This document shows positions 28,897-37,892 of a DNA stretch of 64,000 bases, piece by piece. A program made the position numbers and the translations under genes. Each line of letters opens with the position of its first letter. Position 1 is the stretch's first letter. Source of the DNA: an uncultured virus (IMG/VR IMGVR_UViG_2643221868_000001) (Duplodnaviria; Heunggongvirae; Uroviricota; Caudoviricetes); IMG/VR virus record IMGVR_UViG_2643221868_000001, positions 23,769-87,768 of that record; one strand, written 5' to 3'. The notes below the pieces were generated by a model. It had not been told where the DNA came from. It saw only the letters and a program-made list of their open reading frames with translations, and made no database searches.

Positions 28897-29301
28897 ATGC
28901 GCGCCCTCGCCACCCTCGCCGTGTGTTCGCTCGCCCTGGCCGGGTGCCAGTCTTCGCGGGAGCCCAACCTCACTGTGGCCTCCACGCAAAGCCACACGCT
29001 TTCGCCCGCCCAAGTTGGGATTGTGAAGGCGGTAGTGCTCGCCGATCTGAAAGACCCCTACTCCGCTCATTTCGGACGAATTCTATCGGCGAAAACTGCA
29101 CTATCGAACGGCCTAAACGGCTATGTCGTGTGCGGTGAGGTCAACTCGAAAAACAGCTACGGCGGCTATGTTGGGATGTCGCCCTTCATCGGAGCGTTCA
29201 AGCCCGACGGCAAAGAGTTCAAAGTTGTGGCAATGGGTGGCCCTGTCGTGATGACGGCAGAAGTCACAAAATATTGCGCCGAGGCCGGGATAACCTTTTA
29301 G
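28897..29301 (+). CDS. Lipoprotein (possible superinfection-exclusion type)
   Basis: Lipobox LAGC; LKDPYSAHF...VCGEVNSKNSYGGYVG motif common in prophage-borne lipoproteins. Confidence 0.75.
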   Translation: MRALATLAVCSLALAGCQSSREPNLTVASTQSHTLSPAQVGIVKAVVLADLKDPYSAHFGRILSAKTALSNGLNGYVVCGEVNSKNSYGGYVGMSPFIGAFKPDGKEFKVVAMGGPVVMTAEVTKYCAEAGITF

Positions 29302-29308
29302 GCCGCGC

Positions 29309-29752
29309 CTATTCGCCGAACGGGTCCACTAGAAGCGATCCGGTCGCCGGGATGGACGAGCTGATGATGGCCGAACTGATGGCCGCGCCTGCCGATCCGG
29401 CCGCGACCGAAACCCCGAATGCGCCGGCGAACCCGATCGCATAGTACTGGCCCGCCGCGACCGCCGCGACCGTGAGCGCGATGGTCAGGATGTTCTTGAG
29501 GGCGCCGTCGCCAGGAACCGGCTTGAGGACCACCATCGTTCCGATCTTGGGGCGCACACAGTCCCACATGGCCGGCGGAACCTCGATATTGTCCACGAGG
29601 GCGCGAATGATCCCGGCACGCTCGGCCGGCAGGCCCGGATAGCTGCGAACCACCATTTCGCCGATAGTCGTCCTCTCCGGCACCATAAGTGCCCGCTTGG
29701 CGTGCGGGTTCATGACGCTATCGAACGCCAAGACGGGGATCTCAGAAAGCAT
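29309..29752 (-). CDS. N-terminal portion of a tail-tip / tail-assembly protein (gpI/gpJ-N-like), apparently truncated
   Basis: WDCVRPK.G..V.LKPVPG followed by an Ala/Gly-rich hydrophobic stretch; follows DUF1833-like and NlpC/P60 genes; no central-fibre body follows. Confidence 0.6.
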   Translation of the reverse strand: MLSEIPVLAFDSVMNPHAKRALMVPERTTIGEMVVRSYPGLPAERAGIIRALVDNIEVPPAMWDCVRPKIGTMVVLKPVPGDGALKNILTIALTVAAVAAGQYYAIGFAGAFGVSVAAGSAGAAISSAIISSSIPATGSLLVDPFGE

Positions 29753-30179
29753 TGCGGGTCTCCACTTCACGATGCCGGTAAACGCCTGTCAGGCGATGAA
29801 CCCAAGGGTTCCGGCTGTAGTCGACGATGCCGCTGTACGCCTGCCCGGACGTGGCATGGAGCATCCGGCCGGGGGTCGCGCGGATGCCGACATGGGCGTC
29901 CAGAGCGCCAACCCGGAACACGAGGATGTCGAAGTCCTCGGCGTCCTCCGGCGCCTTCCTGATCCAGGGACCGGCGGCCGACGTGCTTTCGGCGAACACC
30001 GCCGCAACCTCGGCTTTCTCGGCAATGCAGGCGACCTGGGCGGCATAGTCGGGGACAGTGATGCCGAGGTACTCACGATAGACGAGGCACGCCAACCCCC
30101 AGCACGCGATACCATCGCGCGTGAGGCCGCGCTCCTGCCAAGGCAGGCCGACGTAGGGGGCGCTCCAATGCATTGCCAT
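29742..30179 (-). CDS. NlpC/P60 tail-assembly protein
   Basis: YVGLPW..RG.TRDGIACWGL, HVGI and MLHA motifs. Confidence 0.85.
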   Translation of the reverse strand: MAMHWSAPYVGLPWQERGLTRDGIACWGLACLVYREYLGITVPDYAAQVACIAEKAEVAAVFAESTSAAGPWIRKAPEDAEDFDILVFRVGALDAHVGIRATPGRMLHATSGQAYSGIVDYSRNPWVHRLTGVYRHREVETRNAF

Positions 30180-30181
30180 GC

Positions 30182-30694
30182 CTAGTTGAAAAGCGAGGGG
30201 AACCGGCTGGCGGTCATCCGCCCTTCGGGCCACGGTTCGGAGGTGAAAGGCTCGCGGGATAGCTCTATGCCGACCTGCGCGGCGTCGTAGCTGGAAGCCA
30301 CACCGCGCAAGCCTCGATAGCTGGTCTCAATGAAGTCAGGCGTCCCAGCGAGCACAACGAAAATGTCGGCACGCAAGTATGTCCCCGGAGTGATGCCCCG
30401 CAGAACAGCCGCCATATCTTTTGAAATGTTCTCGAACACAAGCCTCGTCTTCGGTGGCGCATTTTCCTGGTCGTCAGGCATAATCGCGCCGACCATCAGA
30501 TAAATATAGTCCTCGCCAGCGTGCTTAGTGCCGTAGACCATAGGCTCAATTGAGAGGCGGACGGTCGGATCGCTTGATATACGAACGGGCTTTTCCAGAC
30601 TCGGATGATAGATCGTCACGAGCATGATTGGCGTCTCTGCCGTACTAGGGGCATTCGCCCCCACGCGAGCATTGAGCGAGATTAGGCGGCCCAT
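30182..30694 (-). CDS. Tail-tip protein (DUF1833-like)
   Basis: LVTIYHPSL..PVRISSDP...PPKTRLVFENI...EPWP..RMT.SRFPSLF pattern. Confidence 0.75.
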   Translation of the reverse strand: MGRLISLNARVGANAPSTAETPIMLVTIYHPSLEKPVRISSDPTVRLSIEPMVYGTKHAGEDYIYLMVGAIMPDDQENAPPKTRLVFENISKDMAAVLRGITPGTYLRADIFVVLAGTPDFIETSYRGLRGVASSYDAAQVGIELSREPFTSEPWPEGRMTASRFPSLFN

Positions 30695-31338
30695 ACGACG
30701 CGCTCCCCTTCCTGAAAGTCCGGGGTCTGTTCCCACCGGTGGATGAGCCGGGTACGGATGTCCCAGTGCGATATCGTGGTGAGTTGCGCGAAGGCGCCGA
30801 TCCCGTGCGCCGGGTTACGCCTCTGAAGGTCCAGCAGCCGCACGCTGTCCGTCATAGGGTCGAAGTCCTCCAAAGCCTCGCGGCTCGAAACGATCTCGTG
30901 CACTCCCTCGACTACATCCGGCCCGGCCGGGTGCATGGCGATGTCCTCGACCGTCTGGATTTCCCATGGGAGCGGAATGCGCTCGTCGTCGTGGAACACG
31001 AAAGCGTCGAGGCCCGTGGTCTCAGACCTTCCGGCCACGGCGATGAGCCAGCGAGGGTCCGGCATTCGGTCCATCAGCGGCTTAGCCCGGTCGATGGCTG
31101 TCCGCACCGTGTCGAGGATCGTCGCCTTCAACTCGTCGTAGCTCGTCGCGCTGAGCGCGATTTCCTGAAACAGGATCGGGGCCAGCAATTGCGGCCCGGC
31201 CGCCGCGATGACCGCGTGAAGGTGCGGCATCTGCCAGACCTTCGGGCATGAGCCGGCGAAATGGCCGCCCTGGAACGCAGCGCCGTCCGTGATGACGTAG
31301 ACGTATTCGGATTGCTTCACGACATTGATGGCTGTCAC
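30682..31338 (-). CDS. Hypothetical protein, possibly Ntn-hydrolase/proteasome-like fold
   Basis: GTG start gives MTAINVV...VITDG with an N-terminal Thr; fold assignment is inference. Confidence 0.5.
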   Translation of the reverse strand: MTAINVVKQSEYVYVITDGAAFQGGHFAGSCPKVWQMPHLHAVIAAAGPQLLAPILFQEIALSATSYDELKATILDTVRTAIDRAKPLMDRMPDPRWLIAVAGRSETTGLDAFVFHDDERIPLPWEIQTVEDIAMHPAGPDVVEGVHEIVSSREALEDFDPMTDSVRLLDLQRRNPAHGIGAFAQLTTISHWDIRTRLIHRWEQTPDFQEGERVVWAA

Positions 31339-31479
31339 GGATCGCCCTGCCCTATCGGGTGGATGGAATCGCCGGCCGCGCACCAGGAATGGGATGCCGC
31401 CGGCTGTCGGGGTTGTTTCGGACACTCGCCGACTTGTCCGCCGCCGGACTGACCCGCATTTGCGGACCCGGCAGTCGCG

Positions 31480-31710
31480 TTACGCGGGGCGCTGGCGCCG
31501 TCCGCGTGATTTTTGAGCCTCCGGCTCCGGTTCCGCCGGGGCGGGCTCCGGCGCCGCCTCTGGCGCAGCCTCCTCGAAGGTCACGAGGCCATTGCCCCGC
31601 AACTCCACGGCCCGCGAGCGGGAGACCGGATAGGGCTGGTCGGTCGCCTGTTTCAGGTCCGAACCTTCGAGATAGGTCCGAACCGGCTGGACGATCACGT
31701 CATCCGTCAT
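31480..31710 (-). CDS. Element A MCP-companion small protein
   Basis: 73/76 aa identical to 13152-13382. Confidence 0.8.
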   Translation of the reverse strand: MTDDVIVQPVRTYLEGSDLKQATDQPYPVSRSRAVELRGNGLVTFEEAAPEAAPEPAPAEPEPEAQKSRGRRQRPA

Positions 31711-31719
31711 GATCGCCCC

Positions 31720-32937
31720 TTACGCCAGCGAGGCGGTGAGGCTGCCGGTGACGAAGGAGGCCGGACGCTTCACGGTGAAGGCCAGGCGCTCCTCGGCACG
31801 CAGGGTGATGAGGTTGCGGCGGAAGTTGTCGCCGTCTTCCGACGATGCCAGCACCTCGACGCCCATCCGGTCGAAGATCTGCGCCTGCGTCTTGAACGGG
31901 CCAACGAGGAAGGTGCCCTTCGGCATCCGGTTCGTCGTCGCCACCGGCGTTTGCCAGATCCGCTGAAGAACGGACGCCTCAAACGGCGAGTTGCCGATGT
32001 AGCGGCCCTGAGTGTCCTTCATGGCCTGAAGCATCCGCCAATCGACGGCGTTCAGCACCATGCCGTCCACCTTCCAGTTCAGCGCTTCCACCTGAGCGAT
32101 GGCCTGGATGAGCACGTCGAGCGGCGAGCCCATCGCGTTCGTCCACTGCTTCGCGAACGCACTAGCCTGCGGCACGATGCCGAGAAGGTTCTGACCCGTG
32201 CCGTCGCCGAACAGAAGCTGTGCGTCCTCAACGTCGGCGAGGCCGTTGCGGGCTTCGGCATCGATGGTCGCGGCGAGCGCCGGGGCATCGTCGATGATCT
32301 GCCGGCTGGCGAGGAAGTAGTGCGCCAGTGTGCGAACCGGTGCCGTCACCTCCTCGAAGGCCATGTCCGACTGAGGCTTGAGCGCACCCTCGGCGACCAT
32401 CGCCGCGTTGTTCGTGCGGCCGGTCATGCGAGGATAGCTGACCGCGTTCGACTCGGTCGTGCCGGCCGCCACCAGATCGCGTACCGTCAGCGTGTTCCAG
32501 GGCATCAGCGACAGGTCGGAGACGCGACGGTCTACCGGCACCAGGGAGCCGCCAGAGCCGGACACGCTGGTGATGTTCTTGTGTTCGCCTTCGGTCGAGG
32601 CCACCTCGGCGCGGAACTTCAGGCCCTGCCGATCGCGGGATCCCTGGAAGCCCTTGTACTCATCGGACTCGACAAAGCGCTGACCCCAGCTCTTCGTGGC
32701 GATGCCGCCGCCGCGACCGCCGCGGGCCGCCTTCTGTTCCACGTCCGATAGGCGGGCGTTCGTCTCGGTGGCGAAGCGTGACACCTCCCCGAACTTCTCC
32801 TTCACCATCGTCGCGATGGCGCTGATGTCGCCCCCCTGAGAGTCAGGCGGAGCCAGAGCGACACGGATGCCGCCGATGTTGCAGGATGCCAGGAAAGCGG
32901 CCGAGCCGGCGCCAACAGAGCGAATGAGTTTGGTCAT
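31720..32937 (-). CDS. Element A major capsid protein (HK97 fold, 405 aa)
   Basis: Mature region nearly identical to the element B MCP; shorter delta domain. Confidence 0.95.
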   Translation of the reverse strand: MTKLIRSVGAGSAAFLASCNIGGIRVALAPPDSQGGDISAIATMVKEKFGEVSRFATETNARLSDVEQKAARGGRGGGIATKSWGQRFVESDEYKGFQGSRDRQGLKFRAEVASTEGEHKNITSVSGSGGSLVPVDRRVSDLSLMPWNTLTVRDLVAAGTTESNAVSYPRMTGRTNNAAMVAEGALKPQSDMAFEEVTAPVRTLAHYFLASRQIIDDAPALAATIDAEARNGLADVEDAQLLFGDGTGQNLLGIVPQASAFAKQWTNAMGSPLDVLIQAIAQVEALNWKVDGMVLNAVDWRMLQAMKDTQGRYIGNSPFEASVLQRIWQTPVATTNRMPKGTFLVGPFKTQAQIFDRMGVEVLASSEDGDNFRRNLITLRAEERLAFTVKRPASFVTGSLTASLA

Positions 32938-33216
32938 GTGTCCTCACTTCCAGGCGCAGCACACGGCGAGAGCCTGCAATGGTTGGGTTCCGTCTGGCTC
33001 GTGCTGAGACGATCACCGCGACGGGCGACAAAACGAGAGCCTGAGGCCCTTCCAGTTCTGCCCTGCCACTCCCTCATCCCGAGGGCCGCGATAGGTGCCG
33101 CCCGCTGGTGCTAGGCGGCCATCACGCGCATCTCATCCCAAGACCCGCGCAAGCAAATTACAACTAAACCGCACGATAGGTTGCGTCAATCCGTGCAGCC
33201 AAACCAATAAGCGGAA

Positions 33217-33498
33217 TCAATGGCTAGCGGCGCCGAGGCCGTTGCGGCGGAGAGCGACTTTGCTTTGAAGTTCAGGGCTCGCTTCGGCGAGCTTGGTCCC
33301 CACGGTGAGGAGCCGCGTCGCCGTTCGCCCGATCCCTTCAAGATCGAGGCACAGTGCCGTGGCAGTCGCCATAGCCGCCTCCACGACCTCAACCGGCGGA
33401 ACCCCTTCCTCAATCATTCGACGCAGCACGTCCCTGACTTCGGCGTGGACCGGCTCGGCGGTCAGGTCTTCGTTCAGAGAGGCGTAAGTGTCTCGCAT
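33217..33498 (-). CDS. Conserved satellite hypothetical protein
   Basis: Homolog of 15555-15839. Confidence 0.75.
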   Translation of the reverse strand: MRDTYASLNEDLTAEPVHAEVRDVLRRMIEEGVPPVEVVEAAMATATALCLDLEGIGRTATRLLTVGTKLAEASPELQSKVALRRNGLGAASH

Positions 33499-33804
33499 GG
33501 TCGGATCCAATCTTTGTCGGAAGGGGGGGGGCGGGGGGGGGCAGCACCCCCAAGGAGTGAGGCGCTTTCCGCAGCACTCCGCACGTCGGATGGTGCGGAT
33601 TTCAAAGGGGTTTCATAGGGACGCGAAGTGGCAGCAAACCTTGTGCGATCTTAGCATCGGCTAACTTTAAGCATGGCGGCTAAGATGCTGTGCCCGAATT
33701 GATTTCGGCGCTCTGCCCGAACCGATTTCGAGGAAAAAAATCAGCATTTCCTCAGGGCCTTACGTGCGGACTCCGCACGCCACACCAACCGTCCAGGGGA
33801 AAAA

Positions 33805-33875
33805 AATCTGCGAATGCGATCCCATGCGATGCAGGCCCCTTAGGGCTGTAGAGTTTCGAGGTGCCCCCCTGCCTC
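33805..33875. other. Putative cos/packaging region of element A
   Basis: 33805-33828 (AATCTGCGAATGCGATCCCATGCG) is identical to helper 44274-44297; similarity continues to the C-run. Confidence 0.78.
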
Positions 33876-33970
33876 CCTCAGGGCCAAGCGCTGCGGACTA
33901 AAACAGCTTCGGTGCTTGTGTTAGAAACCGTGGAGCTATGCCGCATTGGACGCGCTAGCGGAGGCCATCC

Positions 33971-34453
33971 TTGCACAAGTACCTTGCTGTACTAAGAACT
34001 GTGGCGCTCACCGTGGTAGCATTCGCTGCCGGCGCTGTTTTGTTCACGGACAACCTGTCAAAGCTCTACGATGCGACACAAAGAGTTTTAAACCCAGTTG
34101 GTGAGCCGTCAGATATTGTCTTACGAGATCCGTCGCCCATTTTTCTGGGAAGGTCTCGCTCTATTGAGGGGAAGGTAAGCGATACAGTTGCTGTTATTGC
34201 GGAATTCATCATAACAAAGAAGTCGGAACCAGAAATTGAAAACTGTGAAATCTTGTTCATCTTGGGGGATAGGTCGTACAAGGACAACGATAGATATATG
34301 GCTTTATCAAAGGGCAAGTTCGATAGAACGATTTCCGGATTTTTCACTTTCGATAAACAGAGTTATTCGAAGCAACTGAAAGTTCGGATTGAATGCTCTA
34401 ATGCAGTCACAGGGTGGCTGGCGCTGCAAATGCCAAAGCTGCCACTGAAATGA
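33971..34453 (+). CDS. Low-GC membrane-anchored cargo protein
   Basis: N-terminal hydrophobic helix; occupies the cos-HNH slot. Confidence 0.65.
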   Translation: MHKYLAVLRTVALTVVAFAAGAVLFTDNLSKLYDATQRVLNPVGEPSDIVLRDPSPIFLGRSRSIEGKVSDTVAVIAEFIITKKSEPEIENCEILFILGDRSYKDNDRYMALSKGKFDRTISGFFTFDKQSYSKQLKVRIECSNAVTGWLALQMPKLPLK

Positions 34454-34496
34454 GCCCCGCGCGCATCGCGCATGTAGATAAAACAGGCGCATAGGG

Positions 34497-34811
34497 CTAG
34501 CGAAGTCCATGCCGCCTCGCCCTCGCATCCGCCGTCTTCGTCGTGTGGCATGAGCCGCACCGCAGCCGGACATTCGCCTCGTCCAGGCCGAGGCCGCCGT
34601 CGCTGATCTCCACCACATGATCGCAGTAGATGCGGGTTCCTGTGCGTCCGCAGTCCTCGCACTTGCGGCCTCGGGTTCGGAGGAGCCGGTTACGAAGCTC
34701 TCGCCATTCCGGCGTGCTGTAGAATGGCTGGCCGGGCTCGGTTCCCCGGCTCACTGTTATGCGGGGTGCGAGGGTGCGCAGCTGTGGCTTGAGGGTGGTG
34801 AGGCGAGCCAT
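34497..34811 (-). CDS. HNH endonuclease, element A
   Basis: Near-identical to 17484-17798. Confidence 0.92.
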   Translation of the reverse strand: MARLTTLKPQLRTLAPRITVSRGTEPGQPFYSTPEWRELRNRLLRTRGRKCEDCGRTGTRIYCDHVVEISDGGLGLDEANVRLRCGSCHTTKTADARARRHGLR

Positions 34812-34958
34812 GGAAGAGACCTTATCTGAAGATCATTATTGGCTGGTGAAAGGCGTCGCCGACCGTTGGTTTCTGCTTCCTCTGGCAAGAACGTCGCGGC
34901 GGTCGTATGCCAACTAGTAGGCGCACGGCGATGGGCTGCGTCGAGCATGGATCGGCAG

Positions 34959-35660
34959 ATGGGCGAGAAAAAACAAAAAGCTGCTTGGGCTCGGCCTAAT
35001 GCTGAAATTGTGGAGGCGTTGACACACCAAGTTGGTTTCATGCGCTCATCATGTCGGGCGTACGACAAAGGTTCTTTGCAGGAAGCTCAGCGCCTTGCGT
35101 CGGCTGTATACATAATCGTCGTAGACGGCGGCCAGAGAAGTCTCCTGACGCAATTGTCTGCTCGTAGAGACTTGCAGTTTTTTGACTCAACATACGCAGA
35201 CGATCCGAGAAATCTAAGTGAATATATGCCAATGATATTAATGCGTGTGGGTGGGTTGAACGAGAAAGGAGATATTGATTGCAAATATGTCCCTGTCGTA
35301 AATGGCCCTATGACGTCGGGCGAGAATGTCAAATTCGTTGATTGGTGGGAGAGGCGAATAATATTTGATGATAAACGTGGAAACGCCTTGACAAGAAGGA
35401 GTATTGTTCGGGCGCTAAGGAGCCAGGACGGGGGTAGTCATTTCGACGAGCACCTTACAGACCCGGCGTATGTTGCATTGTCGCGAGAGAATGCCCCGGG
35501 TTGGGGATTTGGCGTAGATGGTGACATCAGCACTCCTTTCCCCCCCGGTGCGCATCTCGCCATGATGCGTGTCATAGCCTGGGAGCTAGAGAAAACACTG
35601 GTAGATGGTCAGTTGCTGAAGGGGCCGGTCGAGACCGGAACGTTTCCTGCTCCCGAATAG
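34959..35660 (+). CDS. Low-GC hypothetical cargo protein
   Basis: Long AT-richer ORF on the opposite strand with an RSQDGGSHFD motif; start uncertain. Confidence 0.65.
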   Translation: MGEKKQKAAWARPNAEIVEALTHQVGFMRSSCRAYDKGSLQEAQRLASAVYIIVVDGGQRSLLTQLSARRDLQFFDSTYADDPRNLSEYMPMILMRVGGLNEKGDIDCKYVPVVNGPMTSGENVKFVDWWERRIIFDDKRGNALTRRSIVRALRSQDGGSHFDEHLTDPAYVALSRENAPGWGFGVDGDISTPFPPGAHLAMMRVIAWELEKTLVDGQLLKGPVETGTFPAPE

Positions 35661-35677
35661 GCGTCGCATCACCTTGC

Positions 35678-35956
35678 TTACCGGCGTTGTGCGTCGATCT
35701 CGTCGTCAGGCGTGAACCACCCAAGTTCAGCGGCTTCCAGCGCATCGTTGAGCATGTCGCCGAGCGAGACCGCCTTGGCTCTGGCGCCGGGCTCCGTGCT
35801 GTCGATCTCGGCCATCGTAGACCACCCGAAAGGGCCGCCGGAGATGGAGACGCTGATGGTGCGGGGATGCTCCACCGTCTCAAGCGCCACGACCTGAAGG
35901 CCCCGGATTTCGGCCCATTCGTGGATGAGACCGTGAGTGTGGCGGCTATCACTCAT
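35678..35956 (-). CDS. Conserved satellite hypothetical protein
   Basis: Homolog of 17808-18086. Confidence 0.8.
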   Translation of the reverse strand: MSDSRHTHGLIHEWAEIRGLQVVALETVEHPRTISVSISGGPFGWSTMAEIDSTEPGARAKAVSLGDMLNDALEAAELGWFTPDDEIDAQRR

Positions 35957-36707
35957 CGTCGGTCGGCACCTTCGCGCGAGGCTGCGTCGGGATGTAAAGG
36001 GCGCGCCGCATATCGAGCGTCATGTCGTGACCGTCCGCGAGACCGGCGTGCGCTGCCTCGCGGGCCCGGAACCTCCGGTTCTCGTCCAAGGCTTCCTGCC
36101 GGCGCTTCTCGCTGAGATCCTCGGTCACATCCGCGTGCCCCATGGTTGGGCGGATTTCGTCGTGCCATCGGGCAACAGCAGCATCGCGCTCGGATTGCGT
36201 CGGCACCTGCTCCACGCTGGCGGACAGGCCGGCCTCGATTGACCCAAGCTCGCGCTGGAACGGGGCCGCGATCCGGTTGGCTTCAATCCGCAGCTCCGGT
36301 GGCTTGGGGGTGAAGCGAGGGTTGGCCCCGGCGATCGTGCCCTGCATCCAGTTGAGAAGCGCTTGGCGGATAGCCCAGAGCGGAAGGCCCATGAGCGACG
36401 CCACGAACATGCTGACCATCTCGTCGAGGTCGTCTGCCGTCATCTTGAGGTCCATGCCGGCCATGAACTTGAGGAGGGACGTCCGCACTTCCTCTTTGGT
36501 CGCCGGGATCAGCCCTAGCCGCAGGTCATCGGCCCGCGCCGTCAGCTGATTCCGCTCACTTTCGGTCGGAGCGGATCGGCTCGAGATCGAGTATCGACCT
36601 GGCCCCACCCATTCGGCCGCGCTCCGAAGGCGCGACACGATCCGGTCCACCTCCGGTGTGGGGTCGCCGATGGGCACCCTGATCGTCGAAGGGATCGTGG
36701 TTGTCAT
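35949..36707 (-). CDS. Replication-associated protein (helicase loader/inhibitor-like position)
   Basis: Follows the initiator gene; LPLWAIRQA...W...FTPKPPELR pattern. Confidence 0.55.
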   Translation of the reverse strand: MTTTIPSTIRVPIGDPTPEVDRIVSRLRSAAEWVGPGRYSISSRSAPTESERNQLTARADDLRLGLIPATKEEVRTSLLKFMAGMDLKMTADDLDEMVSMFVASLMGLPLWAIRQALLNWMQGTIAGANPRFTPKPPELRIEANRIAAPFQRELGSIEAGLSASVEQVPTQSERDAAVARWHDEIRPTMGHADVTEDLSEKRRQEALDENRRFRAREAAHAGLADGHDMTLDMRRALYIPTQPRAKVPTDDE

Positions 36708-37530
36708 GAGCCTCACGCTCCATGCGGTCGCGCTTGAGCAGGGTGGTCGCCGCGTTGTCGGGGCGAGACCATTGGCGCGGCGCCGCACCGCGCGAGATGT
36801 CGGGGCGCGGCGCGGGCTCGTCCGCCCAATGGCCGCCGTTGAGCCAGGTCTTCGGGTGCTTCGTGTATTGGGGCTCTTCGTCGGTTCGCTCGGCTGCGTA
36901 CCGCGCGACGCCCGCCATGAGATCGTCCAAGCTCGCCCGGCCGGCCTTCAGCACGCGGTCGAACACAGGCCGACACGCTTCCTTGCCGACCTTCCTCGGA
37001 TAGAGGCTCCACCACCGGTCGAACGCCGTTGGCTCGATGACCGATAGAGTCCTCTTTCCCTTCCCTTGTTCTAACTTCCCATGTTCGGGTCTGGATTTCG
37101 GACCACCCCTAGTCTGGATTTCGGACGGGGGTGGTCCGGATTTCGGACTAGGGGGTGGTCCGAAATCTGTACTAGGGGGGTGGTCCGTATTTCGGACTAC
37201 CCCCTGGTCTTCCGGGGCGCGGTCGAAGGCGAAGCTGTAGCGGTTTGAGACGTGGGACTGTGCGCCAGTGCGGCCGGGCACCTTCACCCGCTCGACTGAG
37301 ATCCAGCCGCCCGCCTGCAGGTCGGAAATCGCCTTGATGACGGTGCTGCGCGCTGTCCCAACAGCCTGCGCCAGGGTGTCGTAGGAGGGCGAGCACTGCC
37401 CGGTCAGCGTGTTGTGGTGGTGTAGAAGGCGTGCCGCTACCGCCTTCGCAGCCGGCGAGAGCGCCGGGTCGCAGACGATGGCCTGAAGCAGCCGCCACTT
37501 GTGGAGGAGCGTGAGGGCTGGCGCGCTCAC
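36556..37530 (-). CDS. HTH replication initiator of element A
   Basis: LSPAAKAV...CSPSYDTLAQAVG..RSTVIKAI HTH; internal iterons; FDRWWSLYPRKVGK...HPKTWLNGGHWADE C-terminal domain. Confidence 0.82.
   Translation of the reverse strand: MSAPALTLLHKWRLLQAIVCDPALSPAAKAVAARLLHHHNTLTGQCSPSYDTLAQAVGTARSTVIKAISDLQAGGWISVERVKVPGRTGAQSHVSNRYSFAFDRAPEDQGVVRNTDHPPSTDFGPPPSPKSGPPPSEIQTRGGPKSRPEHGKLEQGKGKRTLSVIEPTAFDRWWSLYPRKVGKEACRPVFDRVLKAGRASLDDLMAGVARYAAERTDEEPQYTKHPKTWLNGGHWADEPAPRPDISRGAAPRQWSRPDNAATTLLKRDRMEREAHDNHDPFDDQGAHRRPHTGGGPDRVAPSERGRMGGARSILDLEPIRSDRK
37088..37205. repeat. Five iterons (GTCYG-N5-CGGAC-like, ~22-25 bp period); putative origin of element A
   Basis: Repeated GGATTTCGGAC/GGGGGTGGTCC units inside the initiator gene, as in lambda O. 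Confidence 0.8.
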
Positions 37531-37658
37531 GGCGTGCCGTTCCGGCCGCCGGGGTGAACCGGAGTCGCGAGAGTGCTCATGATGTGGGATCCTTGGGGGC
37601 GACCGGCCGTACCGCACGGCGAGTGGCCCAAAGGGCTGAAACCGATGCTTTGGAGCGC

Positions 37659-37892
37659 TTAGCGCACGCCGATGGTCGGCCGGCTCACCGGTGGCGCTGC
37701 CGTTCGAGCCGCCGTGGTCTTCGCATGTCGCGCCAGGATCGCGCCTTGTGCGGCCTCAAGCGAGCCGTGGAAGCCTACCCGGGTACCGTCTGACATGCGC
37801 CCCGCCCAGGAATTGCGGCCGAGCTCGAAGGCCCGCCCGACCACCGCATCGCCAGCGTAGACGGGGACGAACGGAGAGGAAGGCTTAGCCAC
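37659..37892 (-). CDS. Conserved satellite small protein
   Basis: Homolog of 22269-22499. Confidence 0.7.
   Translation of the reverse strand: MAKPSSPFVPVYAGDAVVGRAFELGRNSWAGRMSDGTRVGFHGSLEAAQGAILARHAKTTAARTAAPPVSRPTIGVR

Noticed and set aside
37088-37205. Possible CRISPR array
   Set aside because: The period is only ~22-25 bp with no unique spacers and no cas genes; the repeats sit inside a replication initiator, consistent with iterons.
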